From the NCBI RefSeq assembly GCF_009834535.1, contig NC_045707.1, positions 62,560,001 through 62,624,000 on the forward strand: 64,000 nucleotides of DNA. The letters run 5' to 3'. This DNA comes from Camelus ferus. Its lineage: Eukaryota. The position numbers were made by a program, and so were the translations under genes. Shown here one piece after another: positions 37,871-50,500 of this stretch (its first letter is position 1; each line of letters opens with the position of its first letter). The notes beneath the pieces were generated by a model, which ran no database searches, had not been told where the DNA came from, and worked only from the letters and a program-made list of their open reading frames with translations.

Positions 37871-40324
37871 TATCTGTGACATTATGAGAGGGACTTGAAA
37901 GCAGATTACTGTAAAAGGAATTCACTGGACTAATAATTGTAGCCACCATAAGAGTGCACATTCATTTGAGGAACAGGAGGTGTTTCAACTTGCTTTCACT
38001 TTTCCCTAGTGTTATGAGCAATGGATAAGACTTAATTGTCATTTTAATTAAACAACATAGCAAATTAAAAGGATTTTGTCAGGATTAATGTTTGACAGGG
38101 TTGAAAAAAGTGTGGTGCCTTAAGCTCCGGGATGTAATGCAGTATATACTGATAAACATAGAAGTGTGCATTTTAAACTTCTTTCTGTTCTGTAGCTCAA
38201 TGCTGAAAACGTAGGTTTTAGCTCCAACTTTTATAATAACGATTTATCTTTAACCTGAAATGAAGCTGTTAATGCAAAAAGACATCTTTAACATTCAAAA
38301 TCAAAACAAATACATATCCTGAAAGTTTTAGGGTATGTATGACCTCTACCCTATCTAACAGAACACTAGTATCGTTATTCTTCATTAACAAAACTAGTAG
38401 GTAATATATTTAGGGAGTCACTAAGTCACAGTCCTTTTATAAATCTTGCTGTTAAGTTACAAAAATAGAATTAACAGTCTATATTTTAAGTAGATGTGCC
38501 TTAAAACACCCTACCAATTTTACTGTATGTGTGTTATATTTAAACCATATTTAAATTGTGATTCTTTTCATTTACTGTAATAAAAAGCCCTTACATTATT
38601 TATTTAAAGATTACTGGAAAGAAGAGAGAAAATTAACTGGTCTCAACTATTCCTACACAGGACGTAAGAGTAATTTTATTTATAAACATTCCTGAGCAGA
38701 TGGTATTTTGACAAAGGTATAGGAGACTCTTCTCAAAGACCCTGGGAAATGCATTGATACATTTTTAAAAATTTCGCTGAGCACCTGTAAAAAGTGTGTG
38801 TATTCCAAAAGGTCTCAATCAATGGAATTGGACCTGATGACTTTGCAAGTCAAAATGACAAGGTCCCAAATTGGAAAAATGAGGGAATAACAATTAGCAA
38901 ACTAACAACTATTTCCACCTCCTAAGCATAAAGTTTAACAAATGTGTTACGTTACTGTCTGCTTAAACATACTTCCATATGAATGAATTGACTAGAACAC
39001 ATCTTTCTAATGTCAGATGCAAAACTTCAGAAATAAAAATGTAATGCAAATGTAAACACAATTTGGCTTTTTCTTGGTCCTCAAGAATGGTAGCTCAAGA
39101 ATGTAGGTGATAACCCTAACCAATACCTATTTAATTGTAAATGTAGAAAAGGGCTTCTCTTTAGGTGGCTATTCTTTCACACCGGATTTCTTTCTGGTTT
39201 ACAAACCCAGCGGGCTGGATTATCTGATTGCTCTCACAATGCCTCATTCAGTGATAAGTTCTAACCTTTTCAAGTCCAAGGTCTAAATTAATTGTCTGCA
39301 TTTCCATAAAGATAAGATAATTGTGAGGCACATCAAGGCTTAGAGTAAACTTACAGTTCAGTATGATATGGTTCATTCTGGGAAATACTTTCCTTCATGC
39401 ATTTCCTTGCTATTGAATCATTTTCTTTGCCTTTCTAAAATTCTCCCTTTATATAACTGAAGATTATTTTTTCAGTTTGTGTTTGAGGATAAATTCCAGA
39501 TTAATATTTCATCCAAATGTAACCAGTTCCAACCAGCATTCATTAACGACTGTTTGAAGGAAATGTGTGCTCAGTGGAGTAAATGAATTCTTGTGAATTT
39601 TTTTGAAGAATCACTTCAGCTAAATTTGAAAAAAGGAGTGGGAAGGTTGTGTTTTAAGCACATGTTACTTTAATCCTGGTAGGTTAATTTCATATATAAC
39701 TATCTCAGCAAGTTTATTTATTGAACAACCGTTTGGGCCACAGTCTTCCATTGCACTTGCCAACAATTTATGCAAGTCAACCACCAAATGTCAGCTTTCT
39801 TTAAGGGTGATAATGTATCCTCCCACAAGCCTAACATTAATACCCAAAGGCCTTACTGCCTCTCTGTTTCCCTCATTCAAATAGACCTAGCAATAAACAT
39901 TCCTAAACTAGATGATTGATAGAGAGCTGGTGATAAATAATACAGAGCCTTGTATAAATTATGGCCAAAGAAAAATACTGTTGGAAATTAATAGTTGTAG
40001 TAAGAGGTACCATATAGTCCATTGCAGCATGCTGCAAAATTTACTATGGAATGCATGTTATAAATTTGTCACTGAACAGGGAGAAATATGGAATAAAGCC
40101 TGTGGAACTATAGACTCCAGGATTTGTTGTGAAAATGAAAATTTTCAAAAACTTTTTTACAACAGTCAAAATAAACTAGGATAGTAGGAGACAGAGGTTA
40201 TCAAAACTTTATCAGAATATCATGTTAATGACAATAAGGTTTAAAAATCACTGTTACTGGTCAGTGTGTCTTGAGTGGAATATAATGTAGATTAAAACTG
40301 TTGCTTTATTTTATGTGTGTTCTG

Positions 40325-40698
40325 TTACCAAGGTGTCTGCAGGGCTGTATTCTTTCTGGAGGCTTGAGGGAAGAATGTATTTCCTTGGGTTTTCCAGCTG
40401 CTAGAGCCCTTTCTTGACTCATGGCCCCTTCCTCCATCTTCATATTCGGCAGTGGTAGGTCAGGTTCTCCCATGACGCCACTCTGACTTAACCTCTGTTC
40501 AGTCTTCCATCTTAGGAACCTTGTGATGATACTGGGCCCACCACAGGTAATCCAGGACAACCTTCCTATTTGTGACCAATTGATTAGCAAACTTAATTCC
40601 ATCTCCAACCCAGATTCCTCTTTTCCATTTAACATTAGTTTATATTCCATAACTGTGATGTGGATATCTCTCTGGGAGGCCATTATTCTGCCTCTCAT
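40325..40698 (-). mobile_element. MaLR LTR (MLT1D-like), partial
   Basis: CAAGGTGTCTGCAGGGCTG...CATGGCCCCTTCCTCCATCTTCA...AATCCAGGACAACCT...GATTAGCAAACTTAATTCCATCT...GGCCATTATTCTGCCT. Confidence 0.85.
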
Positions 40699-42489
40699 GG
40701 ATACATACAGAGTTTCACGATTTGTGGTAAGTTCCACTTACAAACACAACACGCTTCAAAAATACATTTGCAAGGTCATTCTCACCATAAATAAGGAGTA
40801 AAAGGACATACGAAGCTTTATTTTTTATTCCATTTACAATTCTTTATTTGAATAGTGACTTTAATTTCCTATTCAATGAAGATTTAATTAGAAAAAAAAG
40901 TGGGAATGGGGGAATGCTATCATATAATCATATATATCATATATATATATATATGATAGAAGAATATGTGGCTTAAAATTATGGAGAATGCAGAAAAAGT
41001 GACAGTCTGCAATCTTCCTGAACTGCACATTGCTTTTACAAATCCAAGACTAGAGGATTTATGCTTTCTATCCTGCCCCAGTTCTGTTCTGAAATGCGCT
41101 CAGTACTATCCCCTTATCATTTTTAGCTGCTGTTTCTCTTCCCTATGTGTGCCAGGTTGGGAGATTAGAGGTCTGGGACTTAAATAAAAACAGAATAAAT
41201 CAGCTGCTGTTCTCAGAGTGCCCCAGGATCAAGTAAGTTTAAAAAATATACAATTATGAAACAGTATGTTGACTTTATATGTTTCATATATAACACCTCT
41301 TACTTCTCTTTCCAGTATCATTGTCATGTTTAAATGTGTCAAGAGAACATCTGGTCATTTTGTTTTCAAGTACCGTCTCCATAATCTTTTAGTGTTTAAG
41401 GTTGTGCCTACCTAGTTAAGGGTGTAAGGTTTAGTGTTTGAGCTGTGAATCCTGTCATATACCATACATTGCTTAACACTTGCAAATATCAGTTTGAAAA
41501 TACCATAAAAGGTCACCTCCATCCTCTGATGCATAGGCAAAATTAAATATAATCATTTAAGTAGATAAATATCTATTCTCCTTGATTAAAACAGGTAGAG
41601 AGGAGTTTCATTTTTTTCCCCCGTGATGATTTGTAATACGGTGCAGAGTAAGGCAGCGTGAGCTGGGATATCAGGGTAAGAGTTTTGAATGAGAATTTGG
41701 AAAATAGAAGTCAGACTCAGGGACTAGCAGTAACTATACTGACTCCAAATACAAGTAAATAAAACATTGGTTCTTTCAAAAAAATATCTGTCTCCATGTA
41801 TCATCACCTCTCTCTCCCTTCCTCCCTCCCTCTCTCCTGCTCTCTCCCTACTAGAAGTTTGGCTACATGCTCCAATTTATGTAAGATTTAGTTAATCTAC
41901 AGTCTCTAATCTGACTTGTTAATGTACTCTGGTGATTTTGCCATCACAGAGGTTAACTTTAAGTCTCTATTGTTGTGTTTATTATACTAAATTTGTTTGT
42001 CTAGTTGCCTGTCTTTCTAAATCTTATTAGCCCCGAGATGGTACCAAAATACGTGGGAGGAAGCTGTCTCTGTTTTTACAAGTTGCACTGATGATCCAAG
42101 AGTTGTAATACTGTGGATAAAATAAAGCTCCATTTATAGTTTAAAGCCAAATTTTACGTACTGATTAGGGTCAGAGAAATAACTATAAAAATAGCACATA
42201 AGTCATCATATCCTGTTTTCATGGGCTGGTGAGTCATATCTGCATAAGACAGAAACGAAAACAAGTTGTACTAATTTTAAGAAAAACTGGACTATGATCT
42301 CTTCTGTCCATGAGATAGCATCAGATCAGACAGCTCCATGCCTATTAAAAGATAAATCCTTCTTATTCCAAGACAAAAGAGATAGTTTAAATAATATAGC
42401 AAAAAGGGTCAATAAATCTTCTGGCTAGAACTATATTTTTGTTTTCTGCTAAAAAGGTGTTATTGTTTATATCCATATGTCAGTCTCTA

Positions 42490-43092
42490 GGTCAGGGATT
42501 TGTGACCATGAAAAAGCAATATAATTACATGGGGAGTTTGCAATAGTAAAGATTCTTGGTTTCCAACCTCAAAGATTTTCACTCAATAAATTAATGTATT
42601 TATTGAGTGTTTACTATGTGCCGTTCAGTATTCCAGGCACTAGAGATGTATCAAAGAACAAAAAAGTAAAAAATATATATGTCTTTGTAGACTATATATT
42701 CTAATGGGATATAGGGATGATAAATATAATAAGCAAATACATTTTAGAAAATGATATAAGGCAAAAAAAAAAAAAAAGATACAATAAAAAAAAAATCAGG
42801 TCAGAGGAAAATGGGAGGTATTTTAATTTAAATAGTTTACCAGGTAGGCCTCATTGAGAAGGTAACATTTGAAGATATTTGGAGGAATAATTCATAGTTA
42901 TAAATCAGAGGCTTGTCCAGCAGTATAAGGAATAGCAAGCAGGTCAGTGTGATTGGAACAGAATATGTAAAGGAGAGATTACTTTAAAAAAAAAAAAAAA
43001 GCAGGGGACAAAAGCATATTGGATTTGGGGAAGGGGCCTATGAATATGTATTTTAAGCAATAAAGATTCTGAAGCACAATGAGGACTGAAGA
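42490..43092. mobile_element. MER5-like relic in two halves (about 42490-42590 and 43020-43092)
   Basis: ATTACATGGGGAGTTTG...AGATTCTTGG...CCTCAAAGATTTTCACTCA then TTTGGGGAAGGGGCCTATGAATATGTATTTTAA...GATTCTGA. Confidence 0.5.
42590..43015 (-). mobile_element. L2 3' fragment
   Basis: TATTTATTGAGTGTTTACTATGTGCC...TTCCAGGCACTAGAGAT...GGCCTCATTGAGAAGGTAACATTTGA. Confidence 0.75.
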
Positions 43093-43709
43093 AGTACCCT
43101 CACTTATGTGTTTTATTAACCCTGCGTAGTAATGAATACTAATTTCCGTTTACAAAGGGTTGGACTAGTGTTACATCAGGATGAAGGAAACATCAAACAG
43201 CTCAGAAATATTCTTTAAAAATTAAACATTTCTGAAGTTGTATGATTAATGTAATAAAAGAGGCAAATATGGACGACTTCTGAGCTGTTAATCCAAAAAC
43301 ATTGGATTATGTCTAATGATATTAGAAAATATATTGACTATCAGAAATAATATGACTATGAAGAAAATGGGCATAAAGAAAAAATTTGGAAAGAGTGTGA
43401 TAGTGTCCTTAAAAATTTAAGACATGAAAGTTCCATTCAGTAACTATAAACGTTTCCATATTTTTATTTAGCCCAATATTCACTTTGGGTTTTGACCTAT
43501 TATTTTAAACTTTAAGTAATAACTAAATACATGGTAAAGAATTGTTATTGTAGAATATAGAATTTTAAAAATCATAAGAAATATAAATTTAGTTTCAGAT
43601 ATCAAATAATTCATTATATTGTAAACTTGACCTCTCAGTAAAGCCTTGGGGAAGAGAAGACATTAGTGATTAATAAGTACCTAAGTAATAGTCACTCTAC
43701 ATTGTCAAC

Positions 43710-44418
43710 ATGACTTTCATCCTCCAAAACCAGTTCCACCTAGCATTTTCCATATTGCTTACTGCCACCACCCAAAATACTTGGAATTAGCTGAGACAAT
43801 CCCTAAATCTCATTCCACCCAGAACTTCCAGAAGACTATTCTTTTCATGTCTAATGTCTAACACTGATTTAGTACCTCGAATCTGTCTACTCTCCATTGC
43901 ACTGCTCAAAATCTGAATGTTATCACCTCTCACCTGGACTATAAGAACAGATTTTAAGTGTATCCCTGCCCTCTGGTACCATCCACTACCAACTAATCAT
44001 ATACCAGAGTCTTCATTTCTAAGTGAAAAGTTTAACCATATTATTTCTCCCCCTAAACCCATTTGATAAGCCTCTATCAACTGGAGAATTCATACGTGTT
44101 AGTAAGGCACAAAATACTCCTCCAGTTTCCAGAATCTGTGTGTCCTCTAGCTTTGTTTCTTGCAATACCCATCCTCTTCTCACTCTATCCTTCAGCCACT
44201 CTGAATTCCCCCTTTTCTCAATGTGTCATCTGATCTCATATTTGCATGCCCTTAAACAAGAAAACTGATCTTCCTGGAATTATTTTTGGTCCTTTATTTC
44301 CCTGGTAGACTATAACAACACTCAAGATCCAACTCAGGCATTAAATTTCCAAAGAGTCAATCACTCCCTCCTCTAGAATTGTATATCTGTTTAGAATTTT
44401 ATATATATATTTTATATA

Positions 44419-44466
<48 letters not shown>

Positions 44467-44670
44467 TAGAATTTTATATATATAGCATATCTCCAATATA
44501 GGGCTTTATCACAAATTACTGACATCATTCTTTTCACGTCTAATGTCTGCATCATTAAGTAACAAAGTGGTTTTATTTTCGAAGCCTACTTTCTTAGAAT
44601 TTTTTCTATTCCTCTGTCTAATTTAGTCTTGAAAAAGTTAATTTAATAAATACTTGAAGGGAAATGGATG
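43710..44670 (+). mobile_element. L2 LINE 3' portion
   Basis: ATCACCTCTCACCTGGACTA...TTCAGCCAC...TTTGCATG...CCTGGAAT...AATAAATACTTGAAGGGAAATGGATGG. Confidence 0.65.
44388..44484. repeat. (TA)n microsatellite bracketed by a duplicated 22-mer
   Basis: TGTTTAGAATTTTATATATATA at 44388-44409 and 44463-44484 around a TA run. Confidence 0.9.
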
Positions 44671-45733
44671 GCGAGAAAGAGAGAAAAAGGAAAGATGGCA
44701 GTGCATTGGTATTTATGGCTCTGTCTTTTTGAGAGCAGCCATCCTATCTTTCTAGCTCTATTTCCATATTTCGAAGTGGTTATCCCAGATGTAAAATAGA
44801 ACTTACACAGAGTGAGAATATATGCACTAGCTTTATATCTTCAACTAACAATGAATTATCCAGGTTATAAAGAAAAGAAAAGCTAGAGTGTTCTCCCCCC
44901 CCCCCCAATGTCACTGCAGTCTGTTAAAGTGTTATTCAGAAGATGCGTGGAAAGACAGAGCATTCTAGGCATTTCTGAGTTGTGATGCTACAGATCCCAA
45001 TTAACCTTATTTTTCTCTTCACATTTGTATGTTCTGTAACTTAATTCTATCTGAATAAGAAAATTTATTACAAAATAAAAATACAGAAAATCAATTACTT
45101 ATCAAAAATTTTGAGTCATAAAAAGAAAGAGAAATTCTTTTTATGAATTCTTCAACAATATGTCTGACATAGTGACCACCTGAGACACTACATTTCTACT
45201 GAGAGAAAATGTACTTTTCTAAAAACACTCTGTCTTCATTGGTCAGAAATACCAGAAAGTCTTTTTGAAATCAGACTCTTTTTCCTTTATCCCCTGAAGC
45301 AATATTGAGTAAATTTAATTTTTAGAAATTGAAAGACTTCAAAGAATTATGTATGTGTAGTTATTCTTATTAATCATCTTTCATCCATAATAAAAATACC
45401 CAATTCCTTTTACCATTTCCTAAAAACAAGCTATATCTTGTGTTATGATCTCAAACATTTTTAATAAGTTTGTCCTCTGAACATAAAGCATAACAAGGAC
45501 CTGCATAAATTGTTACAGATAGAATTGTTCAATGTATTCTGACTCACATGGCTGACATCTAGGCCATATACTCTGGGGACACTACAACAAAATTTAATTT
45601 TCAAACATTCAGAAAGAAAATACTGTAGACAGTTTATTTTCTAGACAGCTCAAAATTAAAGCCCAGTCTTATTTCACAGATTCTTTTACATCCAAGATCA
45701 TATCTGAGTGTTTAGAGATTTGAGGCAGATGAT

Positions 45734-45833
45734 GGGAGAAAGGGAGGGTGAGGGAGAAAGGGCGAGGGATTGGGAGGGAGGGAGGGTGGAGGGGAGGGAG
45801 GAGGGAGGGGGAGGAGGGGGGAGGCGGGCGGGA
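45734..45833 (+). repeat. G-rich polypurine (GGGA-like) low-complexity tract
   Basis: Many runs of three or more G, running into the gap. Confidence 0.9.
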
Positions 45834-45933
45834 NNNNNNNNNNNNNNNNNNNNNNNNNNNNNNNNNNNNNNNNNNNNNNNNNNNNNNNNNNNNNNNNNNN
45901 NNNNNNNNNNNNNNNNNNNNNNNNNNNNNNNNN
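45834..45933. other. Assembly gap (100 N)
   Basis: Exactly 100 N, the usual placeholder for a gap of unknown size. Confidence 0.99.
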
Positions 45934-45939
45934 AAATTC

Positions 45940-46250
45940 CCTGGGCCCACGATGCTATGAGGAACACAGACTATGTAGAGAGGCCATGCATTCTGCTGCT
46001 CCTCATCTCCCAGCGAGGTCTCAGTGAACAGCCATCATCAACCACCAGATGTATGTGGACACCTGGAGGTACTTCCGGCCTTCAGCTAGCAAATCAGCCC
46101 AAACCACTGAGTGTTCCCAGGTGTGATATTGTATGCAAAAAGATGTCCTGTCCAAATTTTTGACCCACAGGATCTATGAGCATAACAAAATGGTTGTTTA
46201 ATTTCACTAAGATTGTACTGATTTGTCATGAATCAATACCAACTGAAATA
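45940..46250 (+). mobile_element. MaLR LTR 3' part (MLT1H-like)
   Basis: AGAGAGGCCATG...CAGCCATCATCAACCACCAGATGTATGTG...TGACCCACAGGATCTATGAGCATAACAAAATGGTTGTTT. Confidence 0.7.
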
Positions 46251-49200
46251 GCATTAACCATTATTCTGAAATTTTACCTCCCAAAACACTGAAAGTAATA
46301 CGCACACACAGAAGAAAATATAGAATATATTGTGGGAGATTTGGAAATGTAAATAATAATATACATACATCTGTCTGAATTCATGAATAGTCTCTTGTTA
46401 TACTTAAATTATGTCTCATTAAAAATAAAACATAATTAAAAATGAGAGAATTAAGGATATATACTTGTAAGTGGGCCAAATCTCCTATTAAATCAACTAT
46501 TATATCTGTACATTGACATGACAGTCAAATATTCAATATTCAAATATTTTTAAAATGAAGCTTTTCTATATAAATTGTTATAAATTATTTCCAAAAATTA
46601 TCTAACGTATAGAAGAGTGGGGTTTGTAGTCAACGACTTGTTTTTAAAAAAACAAAACAATGACAAAACCACCTAAATGTGTTTATATACAGAGCATATC
46701 TTTAGAGAAATACATAAATGATAACATTGGTTTCTTTCAGCAGGCCAAATTGGGTAAAGTAAAGTAAAGTAAATGAAAGAAATTTATGTCTTAATACATG
46801 TTCTTAGTACTTCTTGTGTTGTTATCATGTGTATTTGCTTGTTCAGGAAAAAAAAGCTATTTGAAGAATAATCAAATCAGACTTACCTTGAAGAGGTTAT
46901 TTAGTAAGTTCTACAGAAGGGAATTAATTAATGGAACAATGAAAGAAGAGGACTGCCTATTTAGCAAACAGTGAGTAAATTATTCATTGGAAGTGAAATT
47001 CAATATGTAACCCATTCTATTTAATTTGAATGGTTAGTCTCTTCCAATATGTACTCATTTAAATTTGCATTCTATGAGATTTTCACTGGTTTCGGTCTCA
47101 GAGGATGAAGTTAAAAGTTTTAATCAGTTACCTCTGAACTAATTCTATGAGTGTCTCCAACAACTGAAGTTGGAAAAATCTTAACTCCTTCAAGAATCAT
47201 CCATCTTTCAAACATAGTTTTGTGAATGAATGTCCTGCTGATGGAAGCATCACAGATTCACAGGTACACACAGCTATGCACTATTAATGAGGGTATTCCC
47301 TAAATAACTAAAAGCATTCTGTATCTTATGTCATTAAGAGAGATTTATAGTATAAAGTAACTCTTAATTTGTCAAAACACATTTTCAGGTATTTGTAAAT
47401 GCAAGCAAATATTGGATAAGATAACATAACATAGGACATCGTAACATGGTATGTGAATGATGGATTCATTTTGCCGAAGTACATAATCTGAGAATTCTTG
47501 AGAATCCAGAATATTAACTTACTTTTAAATACAGTAGTTCTGAGACTTTTTTTTTGTAGTCATATAACAATGAACGTAATCTATAATCCTTTCTGCCTCT
47601 AACGCTAATCATTGCAGATTTATGATGCGAAAGATTATTTAGATAGCTTGCTCTTCAATTCACTGGGACAGAAAAACATTTTTAAAACATCAATAATCAG
47701 ATGCCATGTGAGGCACTTTATTGAATTTTTCTGAATGATAGAACGAAATAAAGGGAGTATTCTAAAAAGGACAAATAGGTACTAACTTTATATTTACTTT
47801 GGAATTTAACTAGACTCAAATTGACTATTTTCCTTCAATTAGATTCATTTTCTTCATTTATTATCATAAATAGCTAAAGCCAAATATCTAATAAATGTAT
47901 TTTATGACTTGTGAGAAGATAATTTTCTTTAGTAAGATAACAAAAACTTTCCTTTAACAATATGAAACCATGTTGTTTGGTGGAACATACTTCCTTTCAT
48001 GCAAGATATTTGCTCATAAAAGAAAATTTTCTTGTTGATTATTTCTAACATTTCCCTCATTGTATTAAGATAAATATACACTAACATGAAGGAAGATGTC
48101 TGTATGGCTAATATTAATTAAATTATGAAGATACATTTCTACATAATATATATGACACTCTCATCTATACAGATATTATACCAGAATAATTCAAACCAGC
48201 CTTATTTATGAAACCTAGCACTGCTTCTTTCTTCTGTATCAAGTGTGCATCTCAACTTTTCTCTTTTTTCTTTTCTTTCATTTGAAAATTTAGAAAATGT
48301 TTCATTGTCTCTTCCCCATTCTGAAAGCTTTCTCCCCCAACAAACCTGTCAAATATTCTTTTTTCCCCAACTACATCAAATTTTCCTAAATCCAATTCTA
48401 TAATGGCTATAGTTACATAACAACTACAATAACTTCTGCCACAATATTTTATTATAATGGTCTGATTTTTACATTTATGACTCATGCTTATCTTAGGCTG
48501 TTCAAGACCACATTTTCTTTTGTGCTTGACAAGTTCCATTTTTGGTTCCCCATTGTAAACTCTGTTTGCAAAAATAATATAAGGAATAATTTCAAATATT
48601 ATACCAATGTAACACTGTAATCACTTGTGGCATGTCAGCTATCTGTCATCCATTCTTCTTGTATTAAAACTTTTAATTTAAAGTAATAACTCTACAAAAT
48701 AGCACATCAGATATGTATATTTCTTTGATTATAAAGATATAAATAAATATCAAAAAGACACTCCTATTAGCAAGATGGATAAGAAAAAATAATGCTGAGA
48801 GAAGGAAACTGAATGCTTTAAAATACATGGCCTTTTTTGAGGCTGACATTTTAATAATACTTCTTTGGATTTGCATTGTCCCCATTTTCTTTGCAGTTCC
48901 CATAAAGAGAGATTATTATCCTAATTAGAGCTGTTAGATCTTAGAAGAGAAAAATGTGTGAGGAAGCTCTTTCTTTTTCTTCTCCCAGGGAAAGTAAGTC
49001 TCCTAAGTTATGAAGATAAACTCAGTAAAATTGTTCACAGAAAAGGAAATTTTACTTCTATAGAAACAGTATAGGTCTCTAATACAAAACTCAGAATTGT
49101 GAAACCTGTATAACCGTTTCTGTTTAAAAACTCTCTTTGGCTGAAGCTTTTAAGAAATTGTCTCCTATTGAGCCAGTCCTTGAAAATGGATGTATTTTCC

Positions 49201-49476
49201 AGTGTTCATCATATTTAAATATATAGCCCATAATGAGAAGCAAACAAAAATACTAGTATTCAAACCTAAGAAGTGAAAACATTTTAATTTTGCACTCTGA
49301 ACTTCTTTAATTCTGCAATACAATTTACTGCAAACACTATGCAAATATATATTAATTTACATGTACCATACTCTGCTGTTACTTTCTCAAAATCAGCTCC
49401 AGTATAGTACCAAAAAGGGATCAGAACTATTTTAGACACCAAAAGTTCATTTGGATGCCTTTTAAATTAAAGTTAT

Positions 49477-50500
49477 GAGTGAGAGAAACTATTTGCAAAT
49501 GACATAACCAATGACGGGTTAATATCCAAAAATATAAAAAGCTCATACAACTCAACATCAAAACAAACAAACAAATAATTTGATTGAAAAATGTGCAGAA
49601 GGCCTGAATAGACATTTTTCCAAAGAGGAAATTCAGATGGCCAACAGGCTCATGAAAAGATGCTCAACATTGCTAATTATCAGGAAATGCAAATGAAAAT
49701 TACAGTGGGACATATCACATCACAGCTGTCAGAATGGCAATCACCAAAAAAGATCAAATAAGAAGTGTTGGCAAGGATGTGGAGAAAAGAAAACTCTCAT
49801 ACACTATTGATGGCAATGTGAATGGTGTAGCCACTATGGGAAACAGTTTGGAGGTTTTTCAAGAAACTAAAAATAGAACTGCCGTATGACCCAGCAATTC
49901 ACTCCTGGGTACATATCCATAAAAACAAAAACTAATTCAAAAAGTCACATGCACCCCAATGTTCATAGTAGCATTATTTATAACTGCCAAGATATGGAAG
50001 AGACTAAGTGTCCATCAACAGATGAATGGATAAAGAAGATGTGATACATACACACAGTGGAATACTACTCAGCCATAAAAGAATGCAATTTTGCATATGC
50101 AACACCGTAGATGGATTTTGATGGTATTATGCTAAGTGAAATAAATCAGACAAAGACAAATACTGTAGGATATCACTTATACGTAGAATCCAAAAAATAC
50201 AACAAACTAGTGAATATAACAAAAAAGAAGCAGACTCAAAGATAAAGAGAACAGACTACTGGTTACCAGTGGGGAGGGGGAAGGGGAGAGGGGCAACATA
50301 TGGATGGGGGTTAAGAGGTAGAAACTATTATGTGTAGAATAAACGACAAGGATCTATTGTACAACACAGGGATAGCCAGAGTTTTATACTAACTATATAT
50401 AAAGTATAGCCTTTAAAAATTGTAAATCACCATAATGTATTCCTGTAACTAATATAATATTGTAGATCAACTTTATATGAGTTAAAAAAACAAAATCAAA
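49477..50500 (+). mobile_element. 5'-truncated LINE-1: ORF2 C-terminus, 3' UTR and A-rich tail
   Basis: TATTTGCAAATGACATA...GATGGCCAACAGG...TGTTGGCAAGGATGTGGAGAAAAG...GCACCCCAATGTTCATAG...GGAATACTACTCAGCCATAAAA...GTACAACACAGGG. Confidence 0.95.

Noticed and set aside
40306..40737. 143-aa minus-strand ORF
   Set aside because: Lies almost entirely in an MLT1 LTR; chance open frame
45669..46163. Cluster of ORFs with Gly/Pro-rich translations
   Set aside because: Artefact of reading through the G-rich tract and the N gap
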